Shown here: piece by piece, positions 49,913 through 59,475 of the stretch
How positions within the stretch are numbered: position 1 is the first letter of the stretch
How the letters are laid out: each line of letters begins with the position of its first letter
DNA from: Nitrosopumilus sp.
Lineage (GTDB): Archaea; Thermoproteota; Nitrososphaeria; Nitrososphaerales; Nitrosopumilaceae
Assembly: GCA_963662625.1 (NCBI GenBank)
Contig: OY759726.1
Span: 576,001-640,000 of the forward strand
Direction of reading: 5' to 3'
Length of the DNA: 64,000 bases
Program-made: the position numbers and the translations under genes
The notes under the pieces: generated by a model
Databases searched by the model: none
What the model was told of the DNA's origin: nothing
The model's input: the letters and a program-made list of their open reading frames with translations, nothing else

Positions 49913-50656
49913 ATGACTAAAATTTATGACAAATATCACAAAACTGTATTAAAACGGTTGTATAGTATACGATGTATAGGTGGTAAACATACATCCAAAG
50001 AGAACACCCTTAAAGGATTTCCAAAGAGTGACAGAGGTAGAGGCAAAACAGCACTAAACGAGTTGATTAGGAGAAATCTAATTATCCCAAAATCCACATC
50101 CTATGGAGAACAAATTTCTCTTAATTCGAAATTGATCAAAGACGTTAAACTGATTATTAATCCAGATGAATCCTTTGCAGACTCGTCACCATATGAAGAC
50201 TCGTTGAATATGGGTTATGAAAAACAACCTTTCAAAGAAACGCATGGTAACAAAATGATAAGGGGAGTAAAATCCAAGTATGCATATCATAAAAGCATCT
50301 ATGATCCAAACATGTACATTTGTTATGTGAGCGTCAATGGGACCAAAAGACGTACTATAAAATTGGGTTCATTTGATAACCCTGAATCATTGTTGGCAAA
50401 AGCAGTTGGAGGGATTGATTCTAATTTTAAAGAGGAAGCATTCTCAAAGGCTGATTTGATAGTCTTGGGGAAGAAAATGGTAGAAAACAGGCAACCAATA
50501 CATGCAATAATTGACATGTTATCACATTTTGGATACATTGATCAGGTTTCAAAGAGGCAGTACAAGCGCACAGAAAAAAAATTACCTAAACCGCCACTGG
50601 ACATGTTCAGAAATCACGACGGTGTAGAAACACCACCAAGAAACAAAAATAGATAG
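49913..50656 (+). CDS. hypothetical two-domain protein (GGKHT-motif N-domain)
   Basis: Long AT-rich ORF, IGGKHTS...KGFP...TSYGEQISLN; TATA tttataaa upstream. Confidence 0.75.
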   Translation: MTKIYDKYHKTVLKRLYSIRCIGGKHTSKENTLKGFPKSDRGRGKTALNELIRRNLIIPKSTSYGEQISLNSKLIKDVKLIINPDESFADSSPYEDSLNMGYEKQPFKETHGNKMIRGVKSKYAYHKSIYDPNMYICYVSVNGTKRRTIKLGSFDNPESLLAKAVGGIDSNFKEEAFSKADLIVLGKKMVENRQPIHAIIDMLSHFGYIDQVSKRQYKRTEKKLPKPPLDMFRNHDGVETPPRNKNR

Positions 50657-50791
50657 AGATGTTGGTGTGTGTGCCTTGTTAACTGCCCAAGCGTGTTGCC
50701 GCGATGAATCCCGCGACATCTCCGATCCGTGCCTGGGTTACACTATAGCAACGATCAAAAGTTCTTGGTGCTCAAGAACTTTTGATCGTTG

Positions 50792-51316
50792 CTATATGAA
50801 TGCCCGCCTGCAATCTGCTGTCAGTGGCAATGTTGATGAAATACTCCAGATTACTGACCGGGCAGTTCCGGAGTGCTTCAATGAGATCGACGCCGGTTGG
50901 GGTGGCGGGCTTGATTTGGATATGTGTATGCTGTCAGGCTTTGCATCCAGCACTTGAATCACCGGTCTCGTAACGGTGTTTTCCAGGTGAATGGTCTGGA
51001 CCCTGTCCCCACGCATGACGTCTATCTCGTAAGAAACGTCCATTTCGTGTTCCATAATCTCAGAGTAGCGCGAGGCGAATCCAAAAAAACCGTCCCTTTG
51101 GATCAGGCTTTTTGGGACTGTGATCTTGCCGTCCGCCTTGTCGGTTTTATCCATGTCGATGTTGAACAGTCTCAGCACCTCAACGTCCGCCCCGTAGCGC
51201 AGGACGATCCTATCAAAATCGGCTCCAGCCCTCCACGTTATCCAGTCAAATACCTCCTCCATGGGTAGCACCTCGGGAGTTATATGCTGCTCGGTAATCG
51301 ATAGCGTGTCTTTCAA
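50792..51316 (-). CDS. hypothetical protein, possibly a truncated remnant
   Basis: Protein-like region EVFDWITW...RPVIQV next to the IS481 remnant; start uncertain. Confidence 0.45.
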   Translation of the reverse strand: MKDTLSITEQHITPEVLPMEEVFDWITWRAGADFDRIVLRYGADVEVLRLFNIDMDKTDKADGKITVPKSLIQRDGFFGFASRYSEIMEHEMDVSYEIDVMRGDRVQTIHLENTVTRPVIQVLDAKPDSIHISKSSPPPQPASISLKHSGTARSVIWSISSTLPLTADCRRAFI

Positions 51317-51329
51317 TCGTTGTCTTGGG

Positions 51330-51677
51330 GATGACAAGGCCCCTCCCCGGTCGGGGAAGCCCACCGCGTCCGGAGCGGGGCCCCTGGACCGCAGCGTCTG
51401 GCCCATAAACTCCAGGCCGTACCACCCCCGAACCAACGGGAAGACTGGGAGATTCTTCCGTAGCGTGGAGGGCGGAACATGGCACCACGGGAGCATGTCC
51501 AAGCACATCGGGTACTGCAACGAGGAGAGGCTGCACTTCTCCCCGGGCATCGACGACTGCCAGACCCCCCTGAAGGCCTTCCGTGACAAGGAGGCCGCGG
51601 AAGTGATCAGGGAGAGCAACCCGGGATGGATGGAGGCGGAGACGGATGACTAGCGGACCGACTTTTCATATACTACA
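51330..51677 (+). mobile_element. IS481-family remnant (3' end)
   Basis: RPYHPRTNGKTGRFF...YCNEERLH...TP integrase-core C-terminus; right end ttttcatatactaca (TGT...ACA type). Confidence 0.75.
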
Positions 51678-51721
51678 CCGTCACCATAGAACTAAAAAAC
51701 TTAAAACCCACAAACCGGGCA

Positions 51722-52114
51722 ATGGCCATGGACGTCTACGATACGATTTATTCGATACTGGACGCAAACGGCAACAGCATACGTGGGAGAACCGCGATCC
51801 AGAAACTCGCCTACCGCTCCCACAGCAAGGTGGCCACCGTGGACATGAGGTCGATGGCCCACGAGATTGCCGAGTGTGCGGGCATCGAAAAACACGACGT
51901 GGTAGTCCACTCTTCGGAGATACAGGTAAACCTGTACGAGGGGGAGATCATGATCATGTGGAAGGGAGTCCCGAGAAAACTGGACGAGTTCTCCCCCATT
52001 AACGCCAACAAATCCGCCATCAACAAGTTCTACGTGTTTGGCCCCGGCGGGGAGGGGGCCAAGAGGGACATCAGGAAATGCGTGGAAGACATGCTCGGCA
52101 CGCGCATGGGATGA
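51722..52114 (+). CDS. hypothetical protein, possibly chimeric
   Basis: N-terminal IRGRTAIQKLAY resembles a wHTH/YwgA-like start; remainder not recognised. Confidence 0.5.
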   Translation: MAMDVYDTIYSILDANGNSIRGRTAIQKLAYRSHSKVATVDMRSMAHEIAECAGIEKHDVVVHSSEIQVNLYEGEIMIMWKGVPRKLDEFSPINANKSAINKFYVFGPGGEGAKRDIRKCVEDMLGTRMG

Positions 52115-52683
52115 TCATCCTGCGCCCCGCCTGGCTGGGGCTCTTCAGCGGGGCGACGCGGGCCGCCTGCCGTTCACCGGAAGCACGCAATACGGCCATG
52201 ACCCAAAATCTTGATCAGTGTATTGCCGGCTCCCTCATAGATCGGGCATGCTGGAATCAGGCGGCTTTGGCTTACTTCTGGGCATTGGCTTGGCGGCATC
52301 GGGGATTGTCATGCTGCCATGCCTAATGGGCTCCCACAATGCCATACGGAGAAGCCGCTACCATTGGGGCGTTTGGCAGTAGAGGGATTCGGGGTTGCGC
52401 TGACGGCGTCTGGCGCGGCCGCCTTGGGCGCGGTGATGCCCCAAATGCCATCAAAGAAAAGACGGGGTCAGGCGCCCTCCACGCGGGCGGGCGCGGCCCA
52501 GTACGGGGACGATCATGCCGCCGTCCTGGCGCGTGCGCCGGAAGCCGACGGGCAGTTTGCCCCCGAATCCAGCAGGCGGGGGAGGGCCGCCGCCCGGCGA
52601 CTAGAGGCTCCGGAGGCGGAGGCGGCCCCGAGCCATGCCGCACGTGGGGGCGCGTCCCCCCCCCCGGGGCGCCCCGGCGGCCC

Positions 52684-53634
52684 TCACGCCCCCCTTATCC
52701 CGTACCCCATCAGCACTGAATAGCACCCCAGCCCGCACTCCTCGCACCGCGGCTTCATGGAGCCCTCCTCGGCGCTGCCTATGCAGCACGGCGTCTTCTC
52801 CCTGCCCATGTGGTCGACCGACACGATGGCCCAGGTGGGGCAGTCGACCGGCGTGGTGCCCCTGCCGCCCCAGCTCCTCCTCATCATCTCCAGCTGCTTT
52901 GGCGGGTTGACGATGTAGTCGCGGTGCTCCCCGGCGCGCATCTCCAGCAGCCCGTCGACGACGGCGTCGCGCTCCTCGCCGAACGGCAGCCACAGCGGGT
53001 CGCCCTCCATGAACGGGGTGTGGAACTGGAAGCCTATCTTGTTGGAGTGGCCGCGCCAGTCCTCGATCACCTGCCCGACGGTCTCGTGGTTCTTCGAGTT
53101 TATCGTCATCGTTATCCAGATGTCCTTGCGGGAGTCCCCGCCCCCGGCGACGTAGTCCAGGACGTTCTTCCTGGTCCTCTCCCAGGCGCCGTCGCCGCGG
53201 ATCTCGTCGTGGACCCGCCTGGAGCCGTCTATGGACACCCAGTAAAAGTAGATGCCCGGGATGCGCGGTATGGGGCAGGTGCCGTTCGTCACGACGCAGG
53301 CCCTCCTGGGGAACTCCCTGACGAACAGCCTGACCACGTCGGGCCGCATCAGGGGCTCGCCGCCGACCAGCGTCACCATGAAGACGTGGTTCCTCTTGAA
53401 CTTCTCCTCGATGACGCCCTCCCACTGCTCCAGGGTGAGCTCCTCGTTCTCCTTCCTGTTGAGCCACCAGTAGCAGTGCTCGCAGTGCAGGTTGCACACG
53501 TTGATGATGTCGGCCGAGCCGTACAGCGGGCTGCGCCTGCCCAGCAGCCTGTAGGAGGCGAACTTCACCCCCAGGCGGAAGTACAGTGGGGACTCTGCCA
53601 GGATCTGCCTGAACCCGCGGCCCATTATCTCCAT
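52684..53634 (-). CDS. radical SAM protein
   Basis: CNLHCEHCY, VGGEPL, VTNG, VSIDG; C-terminal Cys cluster. Confidence 0.88.
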   Translation of the reverse strand: MEIMGRGFRQILAESPLYFRLGVKFASYRLLGRRSPLYGSADIINVCNLHCEHCYWWLNRKENEELTLEQWEGVIEEKFKRNHVFMVTLVGGEPLMRPDVVRLFVREFPRRACVVTNGTCPIPRIPGIYFYWVSIDGSRRVHDEIRGDGAWERTRKNVLDYVAGGGDSRKDIWITMTINSKNHETVGQVIEDWRGHSNKIGFQFHTPFMEGDPLWLPFGEERDAVVDGLLEMRAGEHRDYIVNPPKQLEMMRRSWGGRGTTPVDCPTWAIVSVDHMGREKTPCCIGSAEEGSMKPRCEECGLGCYSVLMGYGIRGA

Positions 53635-53917
53635 GGTACGGGTATGCCCGCGCTAGTATTTTAGCAGGACGGGCTGGGCCGCCCCGCCGCGCCGCGGCGG
53701 CCTAGGGCAGGCCACCCGGAACGAGGGCCCTGTCAGGCGGGGCCTTCCTTGCAGGACCTAACGCTTGTGAGGCCGGATTTGCCGTGCGGGAGGCGACGTT
53801 TCCGAGAGCGCCCTTCCGGCAGCGGGACGGCGCACACCTGGCTGCGGCTCGCACGGCGGCAATCTTCCGGTTTTTTGGAAAGAGTTTTTAAATAGCTCTC
53901 TGGAAAGTTACTAACTC

Positions 53918-54277
53918 ATGTCCAAATCCATGCAAAACTCAGAGGCGGTGATTGGGTTTTTAAGGACATTAGCCGATATAATGGACGGGTGGCATGAGGC
54001 AATGGAGGCAATGTTAACACAAAACCAAAGAGCCAGCAAACAATTGGAGGCATTTAAAGATCTAAACCTTACAGACCCGAAGATTATCGAAGAACTGCCC
54101 AAGATGTTTTCATCGGAACAAATAGCCATATTGCTAAACGTATTACTTCGACTGTCTGAATATGGCGCAAAATTCGGTCCCCTGGCAGAAGAAAGAATGC
54201 AAGAATTCGAGTACATGCGTGAACTAATCATAGGTACAAGGATCAACCTGCACAAGCTATTGGGTGACGACGTTTGA
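53918..54277 (+). CDS. hypothetical protein (AT-rich mini-operon gene 1)
   Basis: ORF preceded by ttttaaat TATA. Confidence 0.65.
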   Translation: MSKSMQNSEAVIGFLRTLADIMDGWHEAMEAMLTQNQRASKQLEAFKDLNLTDPKIIEELPKMFSSEQIAILLNVLLRLSEYGAKFGPLAEERMQEFEYMRELIIGTRINLHKLLGDDV

Positions 54278-54546
54278 TGAGCGAGACCTTTCAGATTAAC
54301 AAAATAATCCAGAGCACGCCCCTGACTGGTTTTGCCATGAGCATTGGCGAGGCATACAAAGACGTAATAAAAAACGCAACGAATCTCACAAACCCCCCGG
54401 ACATAGTGAAATTTACAGATTCCGGGTTTGACATCAACATGAACAACATGGTTATAAGCATACCGTACATCATCGTGTTTGAAGACACCATGTATGCCGT
54501 ATGGAAGAACGATTCCGGACAACTGGTCATGAAGGAGCTGGGCTGA
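54277..54546 (+). CDS. hypothetical protein (mini-operon gene 2)
   Basis: TGATG stop/start overlap with gene 1. Confidence 0.6.
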   Translation: MSETFQINKIIQSTPLTGFAMSIGEAYKDVIKNATNLTNPPDIVKFTDSGFDINMNNMVISIPYIIVFEDTMYAVWKNDSGQLVMKELG

Positions 54547-54547
54547 C

Positions 54548-54835
54548 ATGATACTCCCAAAATTGCCAGTAGGCATAGAACTAAAAAACACCAACGCCAC
54601 CATAACCACCGACACGAACGTGTTCCCGCCGGAAACCAACAAAATCACAACGGTGGGGAGGATCAAGCAGAAGAAGTACCACGTGGAATGCAACGGGAAG
54701 GGCCAGATGAGCTTCTACGCATTAAAGGATCCGGTGGAACATATAAGGGAAATCGCCAAGCTCCGGGACGACGGCCTAATCACGGCCGAAGAGTTTGAGC
54801 AAAAAAAGAAGGAACTGCTGAAACACATAAAATAA
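54548..54835 (+). CDS. SHOCT domain protein (mini-operon gene 3)
   Basis: C-terminal IREIAKLRDDGLITAEEFEQKKKELL. Confidence 0.8.
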   Translation: MILPKLPVGIELKNTNATITTDTNVFPPETNKITTVGRIKQKKYHVECNGKGQMSFYALKDPVEHIREIAKLRDDGLITAEEFEQKKKELLKHIK

Positions 54836-54961
54836 CGCGCGCCTGGAACCGCCACAGGGAACGTGCAGCTGTCTGTTGTGGCGCCCCCGCGGCACCCGCT
54901 CAGGCCGCCATTTCCCCGCGGGCTATGCTTTTTTGCACTGGCGTGGCGCGCCCCAAGGCCT

Positions 54962-56370
54962 CAGTAGATCGAAATGTGCCCCAGCGGAACGCCGGCCAGC
55001 ATGTCCTGGCCCGATACCGGAACGTTTTGGACAGAAAAACCAACGGGTCAGGCGCCCCCGTAACCCGTCATGTATCACCAAAACAAACCACGGGGGCACC
55101 GACCCAGGGTGGCCGGCAAGGCGCTTGAAATGTTGCCCGGGCTGCCGGAGAGGGCGGGCATCGGGTTCTCGGGCCGGCACAACGCCGCGTGCGGCACGGC
55201 CGGCTCCGTGCGCGTGCCGGTGCCGGTGTGCAGGGACCGCGCGTGCGCGTCTGGCGCCACCGGGACGCTCGCCGTGCGCCACCGGAAGAGCCACATACCG
55301 TCGTCGGCGTGGGTGCCCTCCAGGATACGGGGGGCGTGCAGCGGCCAGGACGCCATGCGGGAGCGGTGCCCCGGCTCCCTCGCCGCCACCGTGCGGGAGG
55401 CCAGGCGGCCTAGGATCCCCGGGCGGGCGCGCTGCGTCGTGGCCCCGGCCTGCCACCCGATGCCCGGGCACGGCAGGGACCCCGCGACCCGGGAGAGACA
55501 GTTGGTGCGAGCGAGGCACAGGTCCGGTACGTCGCGCTCCGGGGGGTACGCCACCGCCAAGGTGGCGGGCGGGCCGGGGCCGGACCTGGCGCGCGGGCCC
55601 AAGAAGGGCAGCGCGGGGGCCGGAATCGTGCGCGAGCTGCTGCTGGACTGCGCAGGGGTTGGAGTCCGCCCTAGGCCGGTCCTGCCGGGCAGGGGGTTCT
55701 TCCCGGCCGGGGTAGTGGGGGAGCTGTCCGGGCCGGGCCACGGGCCCGTCATGCCCGCACCTCGGGCGGCCGGCGCGAAGGGGGCCGCGGGGGAGCACGG
55801 CCGGGGGGAGAGGGCGGCGGCCTCCCCGCACGCCCTGGCGCCCCGGGAGAGGAGGGCCAGCGAGCCGTTCACCCCGGTGACAGTCCCGGAGGGGGATGGC
55901 GATGACGGGCGGAACCCGGGGGACGTGCAGGAGGCAAACCCGCCCGCCCTCTTCTCCTCTCTCCATACGTGTGGGGACGGGTGGGACTCGGGGGACGTGC
56001 AGGAGGGGCACCTGGCGTACGCCACCAACTCGGACGCCGGCGGCGCGTACCGCCCTGCCGGCGTCCCCGACGAGTACAGGAAGAGGTGGGGGACAGGGAC
56101 CGGGCACGGGGACGCCGGGAAGGCGAGGCCCAGAACCGCCAGCCCGGACGCCTCCGTCAGGACGTTCCTGTTCTTCATGGCGCTGGTGACGTGCAACCTG
56201 TGGACGGTGCCGGCGGCGTGGTCTGCCGGGTGGTACGGGAGCCGCGACACCGCTCCGGTCCAGCTGGCGATCATGCCGGGGTGCATAGCGGGGATGGCCG
56301 CGGGCGGGGCGGATGGCGGGCGGGCGGGGCCCAACTAGGCGTCTGGCGGCTAGTACAATTCGATCTACTG
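54962..56370 (+). mobile_element. ISH3-like element copy 2, decayed (pseudo-transposase 55070-56338)
   Basis: Homologous to 4367-5703; TIRs cagtagatcgaaatgtgc / gtacaattcgatctactg (16/18); flanks ggcct vs gatct. Confidence 0.88.
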
Positions 56371-56427
56371 GATCTGTACCGTGAGCCGCGTCACGGCGCA
56401 CCACATGGGCGGCCTGGGGGGCCGCGC

Positions 56428-57498
56428 CTACCGGAACAGCAGGGAGATGACCCGCCGGACCCCGGTCTTCTTTGGCTCGCCGGTCCAGTCCGAGATGGTC
56501 GTGGTGGGCTTTTCGACGAATATCCCCTGCGGCCTGTACAGCAGTATCACCAGCAGGATCACCCCCAGCAGCAAAAAGTCCAGCCACACCACGTCAAACG
56601 GCACGAACCCCTCGAAGGAGTCCTTGAAGAATATGATCAGCTTCCTCACCGTGACGAAGATCAGCGTCCCGAAGACGATCCCCTTGTTGTTTGCCAGCCC
56701 GCCTATGAGTATCATGAGGAACGGCCAGAACGTCCAGCTCGCCCTGTCGTAGGCAAACGCGATGGTGCCCCCCACGTAGAAGGCGTACAGCGCCCCGCCG
56801 ATGGCCGCCAGCGCGGCGGACACCAGTATCACCTTGATGCGGATCCGCGCCGCGTCCTTGCCTAGCGACTCGGCGGCGACCTCGTTGTCGCGGACTGCCC
56901 GCAGCGTCCTGCCCAGCGGCGAGCGCACCATCCTCTCGCTGAAGACGAAGACGGCGGCGGCTATTAGCACCAGCCCCAGCGTGGCCACCGGGAAGCGCAT
57001 CTCGTCGGGCAGGAACGACAGCGGGTCGGGCACCTGCACCCCCAGCGTGCCGCCCACCAGCGGGGTGAAGTTGTTGCCCACTATCCTGATGCTCTCGCCG
57101 AACGCCAGCAGCGTTATGGCCAGGTAGTCCCCGCGCAGCCGGATGGCCGGGTACGACGTCAGTATGCCCAGGCCGCCGCCGACGCCGGCCGCTATCCCCA
57201 GCGTCAGGAAGAAGACCGCAAAGCCGATCCCCGTGTTGTCCACCAGCCAGGCGTTGATCTGCGAGACGATGAGCAGGTTGTCGGCTATGTAGTCGCCCTC
57301 TATCCCCGCCATGCCCGCGAATATCCTGCCCGGGACGGACGCGGCGATGAAGGCGCCGGCGCCGACTGCCAGCACCTTGCCGAAGTTGGGGATGCCGGTG
57401 TACCCGAACTCCAGGTTCAGGCTGAGGTTGACTATCACGTATACCGCGAAGATTGCGAGCAGGTCCACCACGAAGATGGCCTCAGGACCGATCGCCAT
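56428..57498 (-). CDS. livM: branched-chain amino acid ABC permease
   Basis: LNLEFGYTGIPNFG, RLRGDYLAI, SPLGRTLRAVRDNE, RPQGI. Confidence 0.92.
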   Translation of the reverse strand: MAIGPEAIFVVDLLAIFAVYVIVNLSLNLEFGYTGIPNFGKVLAVGAGAFIAASVPGRIFAGMAGIEGDYIADNLLIVSQINAWLVDNTGIGFAVFFLTLGIAAGVGGGLGILTSYPAIRLRGDYLAITLLAFGESIRIVGNNFTPLVGGTLGVQVPDPLSFLPDEMRFPVATLGLVLIAAAVFVFSERMVRSPLGRTLRAVRDNEVAAESLGKDAARIRIKVILVSAALAAIGGALYAFYVGGTIAFAYDRASWTFWPFLMILIGGLANNKGIVFGTLIFVTVRKLIIFFKDSFEGFVPFDVVWLDFLLLGVILLVILLYRPQGIFVEKPTTTISDWTGEPKKTGVRRVISLLFR

Positions 57499-58408
57499 TC
57501 CTCCTCAGCCTCGACCAGTTTATCCCGGCCAGCCCGCGCGGGGCCAGCATCAGGGTCACCACGATGAACACGAGCGGTATGAGCGGGCGGTACGCCACCA
57601 GCCACGAGCCGAACTCCCCGGCCAGGAACCTCGTCCCGAGCACCTCGGTGAGCCCGATCAGCAGGCCGCCTGCTATGGCCCCGTATATGCTCAGGAACCC
57701 GCCGGCGATGCTGGCCGCGAACACGCTGGGGATCAGCAGGGGGCCCAGGTTCGGGTCGCCCTGGAACCACAGCGACATCAGCGCGCCGGCGACCCCCGCC
57801 AGCCCGCCGCCGAGCATCCACGACACCCCGTAGATCACCTTCACGTTTATCCCCACGGTCTCTGCCAGGTCGTAGTTCTCGGTGGCCGCGCGCATGGCGA
57901 TGCCGAACTTCGTCTTGTTGAGCATGACGTACAGCGACAGCGCCAGCACCCCTATGGCCGCCGGCGCCACGAAGACTATCATGGGCATGCCGGCCAGCTC
58001 CGCGTCGTAGCTGCGCAGGGTGAACTCCCTGGAGGTCACCCGGAAGGCCTCCACGATGTAGTCGGACGCTATGTTGAGGACCGCTATGAGTATCAGGTCG
58101 AATGCCAGCGTCGATATCATCTGGATCGCCTGCGAGGCGCCCTTGCGGATGAGGGGCTTTAGGATGAAGGTGTACAGGGCCACTGCGACCAGCCCGGCCA
58201 CCACGAAGGAGATCGGCACCGCCACGTACGGGGATACCTCCCACACCCTCGTGGCGACCAGCGCGATGTAGACGCCGATCGTCGCGAACGAGGCGTGCGC
58301 GAAGTTGGGGACGCGCGTGGTGAGGTAGGTCAGCGTGAGGCCGATGCTCAGCAGCGCCAGGAGGCTGGCGAAGATTATCGCGTCGGAGAATATGGGATCG
58401 GCTGCCAA
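57482..58408 (-). CDS. livH: branched-chain amino acid ABC permease
   Basis: GLTLTY...NFAHA, TKFGIAMRA, PRGL. Confidence 0.92.
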   Translation of the reverse strand: MAADPIFSDAIIFASLLALLSIGLTLTYLTTRVPNFAHASFATIGVYIALVATRVWEVSPYVAVPISFVVAGLVAVALYTFILKPLIRKGASQAIQMISTLAFDLILIAVLNIASDYIVEAFRVTSREFTLRSYDAELAGMPMIVFVAPAAIGVLALSLYVMLNKTKFGIAMRAATENYDLAETVGINVKVIYGVSWMLGGGLAGVAGALMSLWFQGDPNLGPLLIPSVFAASIAGGFLSIYGAIAGGLLIGLTEVLGTRFLAGEFGSWLVAYRPLIPLVFIVVTLMLAPRGLAGINWSRLRRNGDRS

Positions 58409-58595
58409 CTCAGGCCCCCTTGGCCTGCCCCGGCCACGCCCGGGGCCCCGGGCCGCCGCGGGCCGCGCCGCCTGTGGGGGGACCGGTGGGAACCATGCTC
58501 TGTCACAGTCATGCCGGGGCCGTGGTTAATCTACATATCGGCAGGCGCGCGCGGTTCCCTGGTCCGGAAAGCCGATCGCCGCTTGCCCGGGCAGG

Positions 58596-58703
58596 GCCGG
58601 CAGGGGGCGGGCGCGCCGGCGGCGCCCCCGGTGCTCCCCCGGCGCCAGGGGGGACGGCGTGCCTATCGCCGGCAGGGGGCGGGCGCGCCGGCGGCGCCCC
58701 CGG
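58596..58703. repeat. two perfect 36-bp direct repeats 36 bp apart
   Basis: gccggcagggggcgggcgcgccggcggcgcccccgg at 58596 and 58668. Confidence 0.85.
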
Positions 58704-59126
58704 GGGCGGGGGGCGCGGGCATGGCGCGGAATGCCAAGGAAGCGCGGGATCCGGGCCGCCCGGACTACGCGGGGCCGGACGGTTCGAAGGCGCGGCGGAT
58801 CGCGCGGGACGTGCCCCCGCAAACGCCGGGGCCGCGGCCGCCACGGAGTCCGCGCGGCCGGGCGCCTCGGCCGGGCGCCTCCCTGAGGCACGCGCGGCGC
58901 ATCGCGCCGCCCCCGCGCTGGCAGGCCGCGGGCAAAGATGCCCGTGCTCGGGGAGCGAGCTGCATCGCGGATCCCGCGTGCGCAACGCGCAGCCAAGCGA
59001 AACGTGCCGGACTGGGGAGGGACGAACGCCCGCGCGCATGCCCAAGCACCCCGCCATCGAACCTGGCGCGGGGCCGCATTTCGCTTGGCTGGCGCGCCTC
59101 GAAAATTAATATGGGGCAGGAGGGAG

Positions 59127-59227
59127 CGGCGGGTGTGGGACTTGAACCCACGGTGTGCTCGTTACACAATCGCCTTTCTGAGGCAATCGCTTCAGGGCGA
59201 CACCTTACCACGCTAGGTAAACCCACC
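59127..59227 (-). tRNA. intron-containing tRNA with long variable arm and G73; GAA anticodon if spliced at 37/38 (isotype ambiguous, Phe or Ser)
   Basis: GGTGGGT/ACCCGCC acceptor, TCGCC/GGCGA anticodon stem, 14-nt insert, GTGGG-TTCAAGT-CCCAC T arm; TATAAATA about 25 bp upstream. Confidence 0.85.
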
Positions 59228-59312
59228 GGGCATTACCTTATACGTACGTATATTTATACCGAGTTGCGGCGCGTATGCATGTTTTTTATATGATGCCCCA
59301 ACTTGGGAGATC

Positions 59313-59474
59313 ATGACGAGGTGGGGCAGGGACCAGACAGAGTTTACCGTAAGGCTGTCATTTGATGGGAGGAACAGCATGTCATGCAGGATACCAAAGC
59401 CGATACTGGATCTCCTGGGCGATCCAGACATGCTAACGTTCAAGCTCGAGGGCGGCAAGATCACGGTGGGCTGA
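59313..59474 (+). CDS. small AbrB/MazE-like protein (53 aa; absent from the ORF track)
   Basis: MTRWGRDQTEFTVRLSFDGRNSMSCRIPKPILDLLGDPDMLTFKLEGGKITVG; tttttata upstream. Confidence 0.7.
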   Translation: MTRWGRDQTEFTVRLSFDGRNSMSCRIPKPILDLLGDPDMLTFKLEGGKITVG

Positions 59475-59475
59475 C

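Noticed and set aside
59170-59200. tRNA-Sec (TCA present in the loop region)
   Set aside because: No splice gives a centred TCA loop; the acceptor/T arrangement is 7/5, not Sec-like
58295-59293. Several long overlapping ORFs in the GC-extreme intergenic region
   Set aside because: Arg/Pro/Gly/Ala-rich, motif-free and partly overlapping the tRNA; explained by stop-codon scarcity
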